From the NCBI GenBank assembly GCA_018830405.1, contig JAHJSF010000046.1, forward strand, positions 1 through 42,428: a DNA stretch of 42,428 nucleotides. Reading direction: 5' to 3'. Shown piece by piece: positions 1-9,702 of this stretch. Position 1 is the first letter of the stretch; each line of letters opens with the position of its first letter. The notes under the pieces were generated by a model that was not told the DNA's origin, searched no databases, and saw only the letters and a program-made list of their open reading frames with translations. Both the position numbers and the translations under genes were made by a program. This stretch comes from Nitrospinota bacterium. GTDB lineage: Bacteria > Nitrospinota > Nitrospinia > UBA9942 > JAHJSF01.

Positions 1-115
1 AGCCTCTGAAATTTTCGAACGTTTTGCATACCTGTTTTTTACTGTCATAGCTAGACATTAGCATATATTTTAATGTGCTGTTCTAGTCATGACCCTAATT
101 TTTTTTTATGTCCGT

Positions 116-874
116 CTATATGGAGTATAAGTACCAGCGGATTATATACCCCCCCCAGAGTATATATACGGTTGCCCCGATGATGAGGAATGGCCCGAAT
201 GGTATTTGACTCTTTCTCCCCTTTTTCCCCATAATCATCAGGGCTATTCCGACTATTGCCCCGAGAAGAGAGCCGATCATAGTAGTGACCAGTACCCCCG
301 GCCAGCCGACAAAAGTTCCTATCATAGCCATTAGTTTTATATCTCCCCCTCCCATTCCCCCTCGGCTTAACAAGGCTATCAGGAAAAAGAGGCCTCCCCC
401 GACCAACAGACCGATTATTGAGGCCTTCGGTGTCATATAGTTTAAAAAGAAGGGGGCGGCAATCCCTATGGCAGTACCGGGGAGAGTTATCATATCCGGG
501 ATTATCTGATGTTTAAAGTCTATAATAGCAATGACCAGAAAGGCGGAAAAGAGGAGGAGATATATAACAAGATATGGACTCTGGCCGTAGCGGAGATAGG
601 TAAAAAGATATATAAGCCCGGTTACAAACTCAACGATTGGATACTCAATGGATATAGGTGAACCGCATCCCCTGCATTTTCCCCGCAGGACAAGCCAGCT
701 AACGATTGGGACATTATCATACCAGGCTATTCTTGAATCGCACGATCGGCAGTGGGATGGGGGAGAGACGACCGATTCCTTGCGGGGGAGCCGATATATG
801 CAGACGTTGAGGAAACTCCCTATTATGGTTCCCAAGATGAAAGATATGAATGGAGCTATTTTGGCTATTCCCAT
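116..874 (-). CDS. pilD: Type IV prepilin peptidase (A24 family leader peptidase/N-methyltransferase)
   Basis: The 252-aa ORF has N-terminal paired Cys motifs ('HCRSCDS...GKCRGCGS'). These are followed by multiple hydrophobic helices and 'GGGDIKL', as in A24 prepilin peptidases. It overlaps the recX stop by 10 nt. Confidence 0.85.
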   Translation of the reverse strand: MGIAKIAPFISFILGTIIGSFLNVCIYRLPRKESVVSPPSHCRSCDSRIAWYDNVPIVSWLVLRGKCRGCGSPISIEYPIVEFVTGLIYLFTYLRYGQSPYLVIYLLLFSAFLVIAIIDFKHQIIPDMITLPGTAIGIAAPFFLNYMTPKASIIGLLVGGGLFFLIALLSRGGMGGGDIKLMAMIGTFVGWPGVLVTTMIGSLLGAIVGIALMIMGKKGRKSQIPFGPFLIIGATVYILWGGYIIRWYLYSI

Positions 875-1362
875 TCTATATCTTCCATGACATCTATAAC
901 GATTGTCGGGGGGAATCCCTTTCTCATCAGATATCCGTATAGCTTTCTAAGTGCAGACTGAGACTTTTGCATCCCCTTCACCTTTTTCTCAGCCGCAGCC
1001 ATGGCGATTTTTCTCTCATCAAACTCATCTCTCAGTCGATCTACTATCGTTGTTATAATCTGCCTATCAACCCCTTTTTCGTTCAGCTCGTAGGATATCC
1101 TTATAAGGCCGTATGACCTGTTTTCAATCCTGTACTTGGCCCACTGGTGGCCGAACTTCTCATCATCTGTGTAACCAAATTCCTTTAGCCAGGATATAGT
1201 TTCTTCTATTGTCCCTTCTTCAAAACCTTTATCCTTGAGCCTCTTCTCTATCTCTTTTTCACTCCGCCATCTTGAGGACAATATCTTAAGGGCGACCTCT
1301 TTGGCCCCTTTTTTTGAGACTTCCTCCATTGTAAGGTTGCTACTCCTTTTCCGCCTTAACAA
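865..1362 (-). CDS. recX: RecA regulator RecX
   Basis: This small helical protein lies directly downstream of recA and overlaps it, the conserved recA-recX arrangement. The start is ambiguous: 1362, or the ATG at 1329 ('MEEVSKKG...'). Confidence 0.8.
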   Translation of the reverse strand: MLRRKRSSNLTMEEVSKKGAKEVALKILSSRWRSEKEIEKRLKDKGFEEGTIEETISWLKEFGYTDDEKFGHQWAKYRIENRSYGLIRISYELNEKGVDRQIITTIVDRLRDEFDERKIAMAAAEKKVKGMQKSQSALRKLYGYLMRKGFPPTIVIDVMEDIEWE

Positions 1363-2374
1363 CCTTAAGACCGTGAGCCTCTCTTATCTTTTTTTCAATT
1401 TCCTCTTTGATCTCAGGATTATCGATTAGGTATTTTTTGGCGTTATCCCTCCCTTGGGCAATCCTTGTCCCATTGTAGGAATACCAAGCCCCGCTCCTTT
1501 CAACAATATTGTCATCGACTCCTATATCTATCAGATCCCCTTCTTTAGATATCCCCTCTCCGTAGATAATATCAAACTCGCATTCTCTGAACGGGGGGGC
1601 AAGCTTATTCTTGACCACCTTCACCTTTGTTCTAGCCCCTATGGTATCGCTCCCGCTCTTTATCGCCTCTCTTTTTCTTATATCGATGCGGATGGTGGAA
1701 TAGAACTTAAGGGCGTTTCCGCCGGTGGTTGTTTCAGGATTACCGAACATAACGCCTATCTTCATCCTTATCTGATTTATAAATATGACGGTGGTCTGAG
1801 ATTTGCTGATAACGGCGGTCAATTTTCGAAGGGCCTGCGACATGAGCCTGGCCTGCATCCCCATCTGGGCATCCCCCATCTCCCCGTCTATCTCTGCCTT
1901 AGGGACAAGGGCCGCCACTGAATCGATGACGATTACGTCAACCGACCCGCTCCTGACCAGCGCCTCGACTATCTCCAGGGCCTGTTCCCCTGTATCGGGC
2001 TGAGATATCAGAAGTTCTTCGATGTCCACCCCTATCTTGGCGGCGTACTTGGGATCCATAGCATGTTCCGCATCGACAAAGGCGGCTATCCCCCCCGTCT
2101 TTTGGGCCTCGGCCACGATATGAAGTGTCAGGGTGGTTTTACCGGATGATTCCGGGCCATATATCTCAACAACTCTCCCCCTGGGGATTCCCCCTATACC
2201 GAGGGCCATGTCGAGCGACATACAGCCTGTCGGGATGACCTTTATATCAGCTGCCCTTTGGCTGTCGCCGAGGCGCATTACTGCCCCTTTACCGAATTCC
2301 TTCTCTATATGAGATATTGCTATCTCAAGTGATTTTTTCTTCTCATCTTTTCCCTGGGCCATATTCTCCTCCAA
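1340..2374 (-). CDS. recA: Recombinase RecA
   Basis: The 344-aa ORF has Walker A 'GPESSGKTT' and the motifs 'FVDAEHA', 'IDSVAAL' and '[17 protein letters not shown]', an unmistakable RecA pattern. Confidence 0.98.
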   Translation of the reverse strand: MEENMAQGKDEKKKSLEIAISHIEKEFGKGAVMRLGDSQRAADIKVIPTGCMSLDMALGIGGIPRGRVVEIYGPESSGKTTLTLHIVAEAQKTGGIAAFVDAEHAMDPKYAAKIGVDIEELLISQPDTGEQALEIVEALVRSGSVDVIVIDSVAALVPKAEIDGEMGDAQMGMQARLMSQALRKLTAVISKSQTTVIFINQIRMKIGVMFGNPETTTGGNALKFYSTIRIDIRKREAIKSGSDTIGARTKVKVVKNKLAPPFRECEFDIIYGEGISKEGDLIDIGVDDNIVERSGAWYSYNGTRIAQGRDNAKKYLIDNPEIKEEIEKKIREAHGLKVVKAEKE

Positions 2375-2394
2375 AGTTTAATACGAAATCGCAG

Positions 2395-2446
2395 GCATAC
2401 AACCCCCGATCCCCCTTTGTTAAGGGGGAATAAGGGGGCTGTGAAT
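2395..2446. repeat. GC-rich nested-hairpin repeat ('catacaaccccc..ccccctt..aaggggg..ggggg')
   Basis: The sequence is catacaacccccgatccccctttgttaagggggaataagggggctgtgaatg. It is the same family as the core of the 8478-8523 element. Confidence 0.8.
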
Positions 2447-2508
2447 GCAACTCCGTACAATGTTAATACCAGACCAATCTATAGTAACGGCAGAAAGAAA
2501 ATTACCAT

Positions 2509-2552
2509 AATCCCCCCATCCCCCCTTTAGAAAAGGGGGGGAAGGCGGGATT
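2509..2552. repeat. GC-rich palindromic hairpin repeat
   Basis: The sequence aatccccccatccccctttagaaaagggggggaaggcgggatt is a near-perfect inverted repeat. Confidence 0.75.
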
Positions 2553-2575
2553 TGATGCCAAAATATTTAATGCCT

Positions 2576-3403
2576 TCACTGTAACATCTTTTTCTGATAT
2601 ATCCTCTCTCTTCTGGCGATCTCTCTGAATTTGGGATAGATATTAGAATATTTTATACTCTCCGAGTTTCCGACGCATAGAAACCCTCCATGAGTAAGAC
2701 TCTCAAAAAAAATATTTAATATATGTTCCTGCAAAATGTCGTTGAAATATATCAAAACATTGCGGCACATGATTATATTCATTTCTCCGAATATGTGGTC
2801 TGAGACAAGGTTATGATTGGCAAATATTATATTTTCTTTCAGGCCTCGGTCCATTATTATGGAGTTGTCTATACTACTGTAGTAATCGGAAAAGGCGTAG
2901 TGGCCTCCTGCTTCTTTATAGTTACGACTGTATTTCTTGGCATCTTTTATCGGGAATATCCCATCTCTGGCGGCATTGAGGGCGGAATCGTTTATGTCGG
3001 TTGCGTAGATGTGGCATCTGTCGTAAATCCCCTCTTCCTTAAGGAGTATGGCCATAGAGTAGACCTCTTCTCCCGTGGCGCACCCGGCGTGCCATATCTT
3101 TATGTGGGGATATGTCTTAAGGTAGGGGATAACCGATTCTCTCAGTTTACGGCAGGTCAGCGGATTGCGGAACATCTCGGTTACCGTTATCGAGAAATAG
3201 TAGATTAGTGATTCCAGTATCGACCTGTCAGATACGATCCTCTGCGAGACCTCGGGGAGGCTTTCAAATTTTGTTTCAAACATAAAGGAGGCCAGTCTCC
3301 GTTTTATCATAGCCGGGGCATAGTTGCGGAAATCATACCCATAATGTCTATGAACAACGGAGAGGAGCTCCATCTCTTCGTTGTTTATACCTTCGTTAAT
3401 CAT
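2576..3403 (-). CDS. cheR: CheR-type protein-glutamate O-methyltransferase (orphan)
   Basis: It has a CheR_N-like N-terminus ('HYGYDFRNYAPAMIKRRL') and the SAM-binding segment 'KIWHAGCATGEEVYSMAILL'. The start overlaps the ribD stop (ATGATTAA). Confidence 0.8.
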   Translation of the reverse strand: MINEGINNEEMELLSVVHRHYGYDFRNYAPAMIKRRLASFMFETKFESLPEVSQRIVSDRSILESLIYYFSITVTEMFRNPLTCRKLRESVIPYLKTYPHIKIWHAGCATGEEVYSMAILLKEEGIYDRCHIYATDINDSALNAARDGIFPIKDAKKYSRNYKEAGGHYAFSDYYSSIDNSIIMDRGLKENIIFANHNLVSDHIFGEMNIIMCRNVLIYFNDILQEHILNIFFESLTHGGFLCVGNSESIKYSNIYPKFREIARRERIYQKKMLQ

Positions 3404-4514
3404 TGTAGGCTGTCTTTCTCCCTTTTTTCTGTTTGATATACCCTTCCACTATAATATCTTTCCCCTCCTCTTTTAAAGATATATCTGTTAAATGAAAGGC
3501 ATCCTTAAGATCTGCTATCCCTTTTCCCCCCACCGAGCTTATCCCATCTTTACCGCCTATTATCTTGGGGGCGATGAAGAAGATGACCTTGTCAACCAAC
3601 TCCTTGCTTAGGCAGGAGTAATTAAGGTCCGAGCCCCCCTCAAGCATTATGCTGGTAATCCCCATCTCTCCTAATTTTTTCATCCCCTCTTTTATGTCTA
3701 CCCGTCCCGAATCAAGGGGGGTTAGAATAATTTCAGCCCCCTTATCTTGGAATAGTTTTATTTTTTTCTTATCAGCCAGCTCGGTGGTTATAAATATCGT
3801 TCTGGCTATGGAGAGATTATCCAAGACATTATAATCGATGGGGGTCTTTAGGCTTGAATCGACGATGATACGGGCGGCATTTTTTCTCTTCCTCGGGGTA
3901 ACCAGGAGGTTGGGGTTATCCTGAAGGAGTGTCCCCGCCCCTATCATAATGCCGTCAACCTCGCTTCTTATGGAGTGGACAATCTTACGCGAAGTCTCCG
4001 AGGTAATCCATTTTGATTCTCTGGCCGAGGTGGCTATTTTGCCGTCGAGACTCATCCCCACCTTCATCAGGACAAAGGGATAGCCGGTTTTGATATATTT
4101 TATATAGCTTTCGTTTATCCTCTTGACATCCCTCTCTAACAGCCCTGTTAGAACAAGTATCCCCGCATCCTGCAACTCTTTTATCCCCTTGCCGGCCACG
4201 ATTGGGTTGGGATCATGCATCCCTATGACAACCTTTTTGATCCCGCTTTTGATGATTGTCTTGGTACATGGGGGAGTCCGGCCGGTGTGGCAGCAGGGTT
4301 CGAGGGTTACATAGAGGGCGGCGTCCTTGGTAAGTTTCCCCGCCTTTTTTATGGCTACTATCTCGGCGTGGTCTGTCCCCGCCTTTCGATGGTATCCTTC
4401 CCCTACAATCTTTCTGTTATTGTAGATGACTGCTCCGACCATCGGGTTAGGGCTTGTCTTGCCTTTCCCCTTCAGGGCCAGTTCAATCGCCCTCTCCATA
4501 AGCTTACTTTTCAA
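3396..4514 (-). CDS. ribD: Bifunctional riboflavin biosynthesis protein RibD (pyrimidine deaminase / uracil reductase)
   Basis: It carries the CMP/dCMP-type deaminase zinc motif 'HAEIVA...LEPCCHTGRTPPC'. A C-terminal RibD reductase domain follows ('GKIA...ITSE.SR...H.LR'). Confidence 0.93.
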   Translation of the reverse strand: MKSKLMERAIELALKGKGKTSPNPMVGAVIYNNRKIVGEGYHRKAGTDHAEIVAIKKAGKLTKDAALYVTLEPCCHTGRTPPCTKTIIKSGIKKVVIGMHDPNPIVAGKGIKELQDAGILVLTGLLERDVKRINESYIKYIKTGYPFVLMKVGMSLDGKIATSARESKWITSETSRKIVHSIRSEVDGIMIGAGTLLQDNPNLLVTPRKRKNAARIIVDSSLKTPIDYNVLDNLSIARTIFITTELADKKKIKLFQDKGAEIILTPLDSGRVDIKEGMKKLGEMGITSIMLEGGSDLNYSCLSKELVDKVIFFIAPKIIGGKDGISSVGGKGIADLKDAFHLTDISLKEEGKDIIVEGYIKQKKGRKTAYND

Positions 4515-4637
4515 GGCACATCTCCGCTATAGACAGAAAGGAAGGATTCTTTTTGGAATCAATACGTTGCCATAAAATGATATCAATAAATAAGGGAAAA
4601 GGTAATAGCATTTTTGGTTCCTTCTCATTTTAACTTA

Positions 4638-4735
4638 CCACCCCGGCCTTCGGCCACCCCTCCTAAAATAGGAGGGGAGTTTGATGAAGTTGTATTTTGT
4701 TCCCCTCCTTGGTTAAGGAGGGGCAGGGGTGGTTG
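4638..4735. repeat. Two tandem GC-rich hairpins between the GHMP kinase gene and ribD
   Basis: One hairpin is cccctcct-aaaat-aggagggg (4658-4678), flanked by ccacccc/ggccttcggcc. The other is cccctcctt-ggtt-aaggagggg (4702-4724), followed by ggggtgg. They probably act as a terminator for the upstream minus-strand gene. Confidence 0.7.
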
Positions 4736-4740
4736 GGTGC

Positions 4741-5763
4741 CTACTCCAGACGGTCGATTATCCTGACTCCCTTTTTATCGATGGAGGAATTGAGGAGCCT
4801 TACCCCCTGCTCTTGCAGCTTATCGGCTAGGGCCTTCTTTTTTCCCTTGGCGGCGTAGATGAGGATACATCCTCCCCCGCCTGCACCGCAGACCTTGGCT
4901 GACATAGCCCCATTGGAAAGGGAATAGGCAATTATCTCTTCTATCTTTGGGGTGGATATCCCCCCCCAAAGACTTTTTCTCTTCTTCCACTCTCTTTGGA
5001 TAAGTTTCCCCAATTGGTCGAAGTCATTATCCTTTATTGCCCTACCAACCTCCTCAGATATACGGGCTAGGGCGTTTAGATTTGTTAGGAGTTTTTTATT
5101 CCCCTCTATCACCCCCTTATAAACCTCCCAATTGTTTATCCCCGAATTGCGTGATTCCCCCGAATAGGCTATGATGAGCCTCTCCTCCAGCTCTTTAAGT
5201 TTAGCCCCCTTAAAGCCCCTTCTCTCCACCCCGTCTATATTGAGGGCGATGTTGGAAAGGCTACCGTAGAGGGGAGGAAAATAATCCTGTTCCCCGGCAG
5301 GAACCCCCAACACCCGGGCCTCTATGTTGCGGGCTATTACCTGCAGTTCCTTTTTCTTGTATCCTTTCTCGGTAACAAGGTTTAGGGCGTAGCATAGTGC
5401 AATATTCAGGGCCGATGACCCCCCCAAACCGGAACCGGCCGGGGCCTCGGAGTCGGTCTCTATTGTTAGTCCCATGGTTGGATTAAAGAAGGCTGTAATC
5501 CTAGTGACCAGTGGAAGTATATGGCGATGGTGGATTTCGGAAATAGACCCGAAAGATATCCCCTTTCCCCTGTCCTTGGAGACAACAACTATCTTTTTGT
5601 CTTTCCTAATATCTATCTTGACCTTGGCGTATATCGATAGGGCCACATTTATTGTGGAGGGCCTCTCAAGGAGAAGATAGAGGGGCCAAATATCGAGTGT
5701 CCCCCCGGCCAAATCTCCCCTCAAGGGGGCAATAACCTCTATATGTTTAAGCCTTTCCACCAT
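4741..5763 (-). CDS. GHMP-family sugar kinase (fucokinase/heptose-kinase-like)
   Basis: It has 'APLRGDLAGGTLDIWP' near the N-terminus, the GHMP motif 'PAGSGLGGSSAL', and 'CGAGGGGC' near the C-terminus. Its start overlaps the prfB 3' end by 17 nt. Confidence 0.7.
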   Translation of the reverse strand: MVERLKHIEVIAPLRGDLAGGTLDIWPLYLLLERPSTINVALSIYAKVKIDIRKDKKIVVVSKDRGKGISFGSISEIHHRHILPLVTRITAFFNPTMGLTIETDSEAPAGSGLGGSSALNIALCYALNLVTEKGYKKKELQVIARNIEARVLGVPAGEQDYFPPLYGSLSNIALNIDGVERRGFKGAKLKELEERLIIAYSGESRNSGINNWEVYKGVIEGNKKLLTNLNALARISEEVGRAIKDNDFDQLGKLIQREWKKRKSLWGGISTPKIEEIIAYSLSNGAMSAKVCGAGGGGCILIYAAKGKKKALADKLQEQGVRLLNSSIDKKGVRIIDRLE

Positions 5764-6851
5764 CTTTTCCCATAAGTAGATATGCCTCTATAAAATCGTC
5801 GATCTCTCCGTCAAAGACCGCATCGGTATTTCCCGTTTCGTGGCGGGTTCTCAAATCCTTAATCATCCGATAGGGATGGAGGACATAGGAACGTATCTGG
5901 CTACCCCAGCCGATCTCCTTCCTTTCCCCCTGCGTCTCTTTGGCCGTTTCTTCATGTTTCAACCGCTCCAATTCATATAGCTTGGAACGGAGAACCTTCA
6001 TGGCCGTGGCCTTATTCTTATGCTGCGACCTTTCATTCTGACACTGGGCAATGGTGTTGGTAGGGACGTGGGTAATCCTAACCGCCGAATCGGTCACGTT
6101 TACATGCTGCCCTCCCGCGCCGCTGCTCCGATAGGTGTCTATCCTCAGGTCTTCATCCCTGATATCGACGACTATATCGTTATCCAACTCAGGAGAAACG
6201 AAGACGGAACAGAATGAGGTATGTCGTCTCTTATTGGCATCGAAAGGGGATATCCTGACTAGCCGGTGTATCCCATTTTCCGCCTTCAGATAACCGTAGG
6301 CATAGTCTCCCGATATAGTTACGGTAGCCCCTTTAAGACCGGCCTCTTCCCCCGGCTGATAATCGGTAATCTCGGCCTTGAAACCTTTACGCTCGGCCCA
6401 GCGGAGATACATCCTCATAACCATCTCGGCCCAATCCTGCGCCTCTGTCCCCCCCGCCCCGGAATTTATCGAGACGATGGCGTTTGAGGGGTCATGTTTC
6501 CCCGAGAGCATGGAGGCAAACTCGAATGAAGCCACTTCTTTGTCTATTCTATTCAGCTCCCCCCTTATCTCTTCTTCTATCGATTCATCCTCATCCGATA
6601 GTTGGGCCAGTTCTTCCGAATCGCTAAGGGCCTGATTAAGTTTCTTCCAGCTTTCGAGCGGCTTGGACAAGGAGGAGCGCTCTTTTAATATCTTTTGCGC
6701 CTCCTCATTATCGTTCCAAAATCCGTCTTGAGAGACGACAAGGTCGAGTTCCTTTATCTTGGCTTCATTCTTGTCGAGGTCAAAGATGCCTCCGTAATCT
6801 AAGGAGTCTTTCCTTTAAGTCCTTCAACTTGGTCTTTATAGCTTCATCCAT
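5747..6851 (-). CDS. prfB: Peptide chain release factor 2, made by a programmed +1 frameshift (frame 0: 6851..6783; frame +1: 6781..5747)
   Basis: It has GGQ ('SGAGGQHVN') and the RF2-specific SPF ('RISPFD'). The N-terminal 23 codons (MDEAIKTKLKDLKERLLRLRRHL) end at an in-frame TGA within CTT TGA C. The +1 frame continues as DLDKNEAKIKELD... into the 307-aa tracked ORF, giving 367 aa in total. Confidence 0.93.
6779..6793 (-). other. RF2 autoregulatory +1 frameshift site (SD-like GGAGG, 3-nt spacer, CUU UGA C)
   Basis: The minus strand reads GGAGG CAT CTT TGA C. This is the same architecture and spacing as the classical E. coli prfB site AGGGGG TAT CTT TGA C. Confidence 0.85.
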
Positions 6852-8415
6852 CTTCTCGGCCCATCTCCTCTTTATGTCTAAATTTAATATAAAATATTGC
6901 GGTTATCGATATCAGTAGGCAGATGTAGGCAAAGATATCGCCATACCTGCTGTAAAATGTCTTACCGACATTATCGTTCAATCTTATATCCCCAATCAAT
7001 GTTTCCCCTACGAATATATCACTATATTGAACAATATTACCTATCGGGTTGATAAAGCCGCTTATCCCTGTGTTGGCTCCTCGGACTATCGGTATGCGGT
7101 TTTCCACCGCCCTAAAGGGAACCATGGCTATATGCTGATAGGGGGCGGAACTTACCCCGAACCAGGCATCATTGGTTATGTTTACCAAAAACTGCGCCCC
7201 CTCCCCGACAAACTTACGGGTCAGGTCGGGGAATATAATCTCGTAGCAGATAAGGGTGGCGAACCTCCCCTTGGGGAGGTCGAATACCTTGTAGGTATCC
7301 CCTGTCCCAAAATCCCCGACCCCTTCGACAAGCTTGCCTAGGAAGGGGAACAGTGGTTTTAAAGGGATATACTCCCCATAGGGGACTAGGTGTATCTTGT
7401 CGTAATAGTTTCCTTTGTTATCGGGGGTGAGGAAATAGGCGCGGTTGTAACTCTCTATCTGCCTATTTACTATTCGATAGCCATCGGCCCCGATTAGAAA
7501 ACTTATTCCGCTCTTGTCAACAAAGCCTAAGAGATTGTCTCTCTCCTCCCCCTCCTCCTGAAGGTAGAAGGGGAGTGATGATTCGGGCCAGACTATCAGG
7601 TCAGGCCTTTCAGATAGTATCGATTCGGTCATCCCTTTATAGGTATCGACAATTAAATTTTTATAGGCCGAATCCCACTTCATATTCTGGGCTATATTTC
7701 CCTGTATCAGGGCGACCTTCAAAGGTTTTCCCTCCTCAGGGTTGTAATTTACAACCCTCTTTCGCCCATATATTGCAGTTCCTCCGATTAATATAGTTGA
7801 AACCAGGAGATAGGCAGAGACGAGCCGCCTGTTCTTCTTTCTATCCTTAAGGTTGCTTACATAGAGATAGAGGGAGATGTTCACGATGATGATTAGAAAT
7901 GAAACCCCATAGACCCCGGTTATATCGGCTATCTGAATCAGCCTAAGATTGTCAAACTGCGAATAACCTATAAGCCCCCAAGGGAACCCGGTGAATAGAT
8001 GGCTCCGTATCAGCTCCAAGGCCACCCAAGCCAAGGGGGCGGTGAACCATTTAATGTGTGAACTCTCCCCAGGGAAGAGGGAGAGAATCCAGGCGAAGAG
8101 GGCGAAATAGCCAGCCAGATATGTGGCCAAGACGAAGAGGATTATTACCCCTACAGATCTGGGGAGCCCTCCATAGTTGGTCATCGAGTTGGTTACCCAA
8201 TAGAGTAGGAGGGTAAAGAAAACAAAACCGGATATAAATCCCCCCCTGACTGCCTCTCTCCTTGTTCCCTTATCTATTATGTAGAAGAGGGGAATGAGGG
8301 CCAACCAGGCCATAATTTTCAGACCGGGCAAAGGGAAACTTATGGCCAGAAGTAGCCCGGATATGAGAGGGAAAATAGTTGCCTGCCACCTTAAATTTTT
8401 ATTGATAAATATCAT
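6844..8415 (-). CDS. lnt: Apolipoprotein N-acyltransferase
   Basis: The 523-aa ORF has a multi-TM N-terminal half and a C-terminal CN-hydrolase domain ('VALIQGNI', 'IVWPESS', 'ATLICYE'). Its stop overlaps the prfB start (ATGGATGA). Confidence 0.9.
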   Translation of the reverse strand: MIFINKNLRWQATIFPLISGLLLAISFPLPGLKIMAWLALIPLFYIIDKGTRREAVRGGFISGFVFFTLLLYWVTNSMTNYGGLPRSVGVIILFVLATYLAGYFALFAWILSLFPGESSHIKWFTAPLAWVALELIRSHLFTGFPWGLIGYSQFDNLRLIQIADITGVYGVSFLIIIVNISLYLYVSNLKDRKKNRRLVSAYLLVSTILIGGTAIYGRKRVVNYNPEEGKPLKVALIQGNIAQNMKWDSAYKNLIVDTYKGMTESILSERPDLIVWPESSLPFYLQEEGEERDNLLGFVDKSGISFLIGADGYRIVNRQIESYNRAYFLTPDNKGNYYDKIHLVPYGEYIPLKPLFPFLGKLVEGVGDFGTGDTYKVFDLPKGRFATLICYEIIFPDLTRKFVGEGAQFLVNITNDAWFGVSSAPYQHIAMVPFRAVENRIPIVRGANTGISGFINPIGNIVQYSDIFVGETLIGDIRLNDNVGKTFYSRYGDIFAYICLLISITAIFYIKFRHKEEMGREDG

Positions 8416-8425
8416 AATAAGAGCT

Positions 8426-8579
8426 TATGCAAAGTTGTATTCAAAATGATAACAAGGCGGCAAGGAGGAAGCGACTCACAACCCCCTTATTCCCCCTTAA
8501 TAAAGGGGGATAGGGGGTTGTATGTCGAGGAGCTGACGACGAAGCCAACGCAGTTAGCGGTTGAAAGCGACTTTGCATA
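8426..8579. repeat. ~154-bp nested palindrome in the divergent lnt/hemE spacer
   Basis: The outer arms tatgcaaagt (8426-8435) and actttgcata (8570-8579) are perfectly complementary. They are concentric with the inner hairpin acaaccccc..tccccctt-aat-aaaggggga..gggggttgt (8478-8523). Confidence 0.75.
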
Positions 8580-8661
8580 AAGGTTTTGTTCACTTGCCCG
8601 ATACCCGTTTATAAGTTAGCATAAGATTATATAGTACTAAATTTAGATATAGGAAGCGACA

Positions 8662-9702
8662 GTGACGAAAATCAAGAACGACAACTTTTTAAGGGCCTGC
8701 CGTAGAGAGGCTACCGATTACACCCCAATCTGGCTTATGCGCCAAGCCGGTCGCTATATGGCCGAGTATAGAAAACTGAGGGAGAAGGCCGATTTTCTAA
8801 CCATGTGTAAAACCCCGGAGCTGGCCGCCGAGGTTACCATGCAGCCGATAAACCGTTTCGATCTCGACGCCGCCATAATATTTGCCGATATCCTCCTCCC
8901 GGTTGAGGGGATGGGGATAAACCTTGAGTTTAAAGAGAAGACCGGCCCGATAATCCATAACCCGGTCAGGAACAGAAAGGATATCGATGCGCTCAGAATA
9001 ATAGATGCGGAGCGGGATGTTCCCTATCTCTCCAAGGCGATATCTTTAGTTAAGCAAGAACTTAACAATAAAATCCCACTTATCGGCTTCTCCTCCGCCC
9101 CATTTACCCTGGCAAGTTATATGATTGAAGGGGGGCATTCGAGGAACTATCTTGAAACGAAGCAGATGTTCTACAACGAGCCTGAGATGTGGAACGACTT
9201 GATGACTAAGATAGTCGATGTTCTTATTATCTCCCTAAAGGCGCAGGTTGAAGCCGGGGTTGATGTTTTACAGCTATTCGATAGTTGGGTTGGATGTCTC
9301 TCAACAGGTGACTATAGAGAATATGTCCTCCCTCATTCCAAGAGGCTTATCGATTCAGTTAAAGGGGAGGGGCTACCGATTATCCATTTCGGCACCGACA
9401 CCGCCACACTCCTAACATCAATGAAAGAGGCGGGGGGAGATGTTATCGGGGCCGACTGGAGGATAAACCTTGATGAGGCCTGGAAGATGATAGGGGATGA
9501 TGTAGGAATACAGGGGAACATAGACCCACTCATTCTCTTCTCTAACCAGAAAGAGATAGAGAAGAGGGTCAAAGACATTTTGAATAGAGCCGAGGGGAGA
9601 CCCGGGCATATATTCAACCTTGGTCATGGAATACTTCCAAAAACCCCGATCGATAATGTCGCCTTCCTCATAGATACTGTCCACAACCTGAGCCGAAAAT
9701 GA
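8662..9702 (+). CDS. hemE: Uroporphyrinogen decarboxylase
   Basis: It has the signature 'PIWLMRQAGRYMAEYR' and is 346 aa long. It uses a GTG start with AGGAAG 5 nt upstream. Confidence 0.95.
   Translation: MTKIKNDNFLRACRREATDYTPIWLMRQAGRYMAEYRKLREKADFLTMCKTPELAAEVTMQPINRFDLDAAIIFADILLPVEGMGINLEFKEKTGPIIHNPVRNRKDIDALRIIDAERDVPYLSKAISLVKQELNNKIPLIGFSSAPFTLASYMIEGGHSRNYLETKQMFYNEPEMWNDLMTKIVDVLIISLKAQVEAGVDVLQLFDSWVGCLSTGDYREYVLPHSKRLIDSVKGEGLPIIHFGTDTATLLTSMKEAGGDVIGADWRINLDEAWKMIGDDVGIQGNIDPLILFSNQKEIEKRVKDILNRAEGRPGHIFNLGHGILPKTPIDNVAFLIDTVHNLSRK

Noticed and set aside
1-115. Possible partial gene at the left edge of the window
   Set aside because: It is too short to evaluate, has no ORF in the track, and the sequence is AT-rich with a T run. 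It is most likely the region downstream of pilD.
1454-1921. 155-aa plus-strand ORF inside recA. Similar antisense ORFs include 2813-3208, 4215-4532, 7027-7341, 14920-15273, 15426-15893, 21289-21600, 23490-23888, 33119-33472 and 41024-41425.
   Set aside because: Each lies entirely antisense to a well-supported conserved gene, has no recognisable motifs and has low-complexity or odd composition. These are typical shadow ORFs.
4515-4740. FMN (RFN) riboswitch expected upstream of ribD
   Set aside because: The minus-strand leader holds only the two 'cccctcc/ggagggg' hairpin repeats and an AT-rich stretch. None of the conserved RFN blocks is visible, for example GGGCGGGGCGAAATTCCC or CCGACAGT...AGTCTGGATG.
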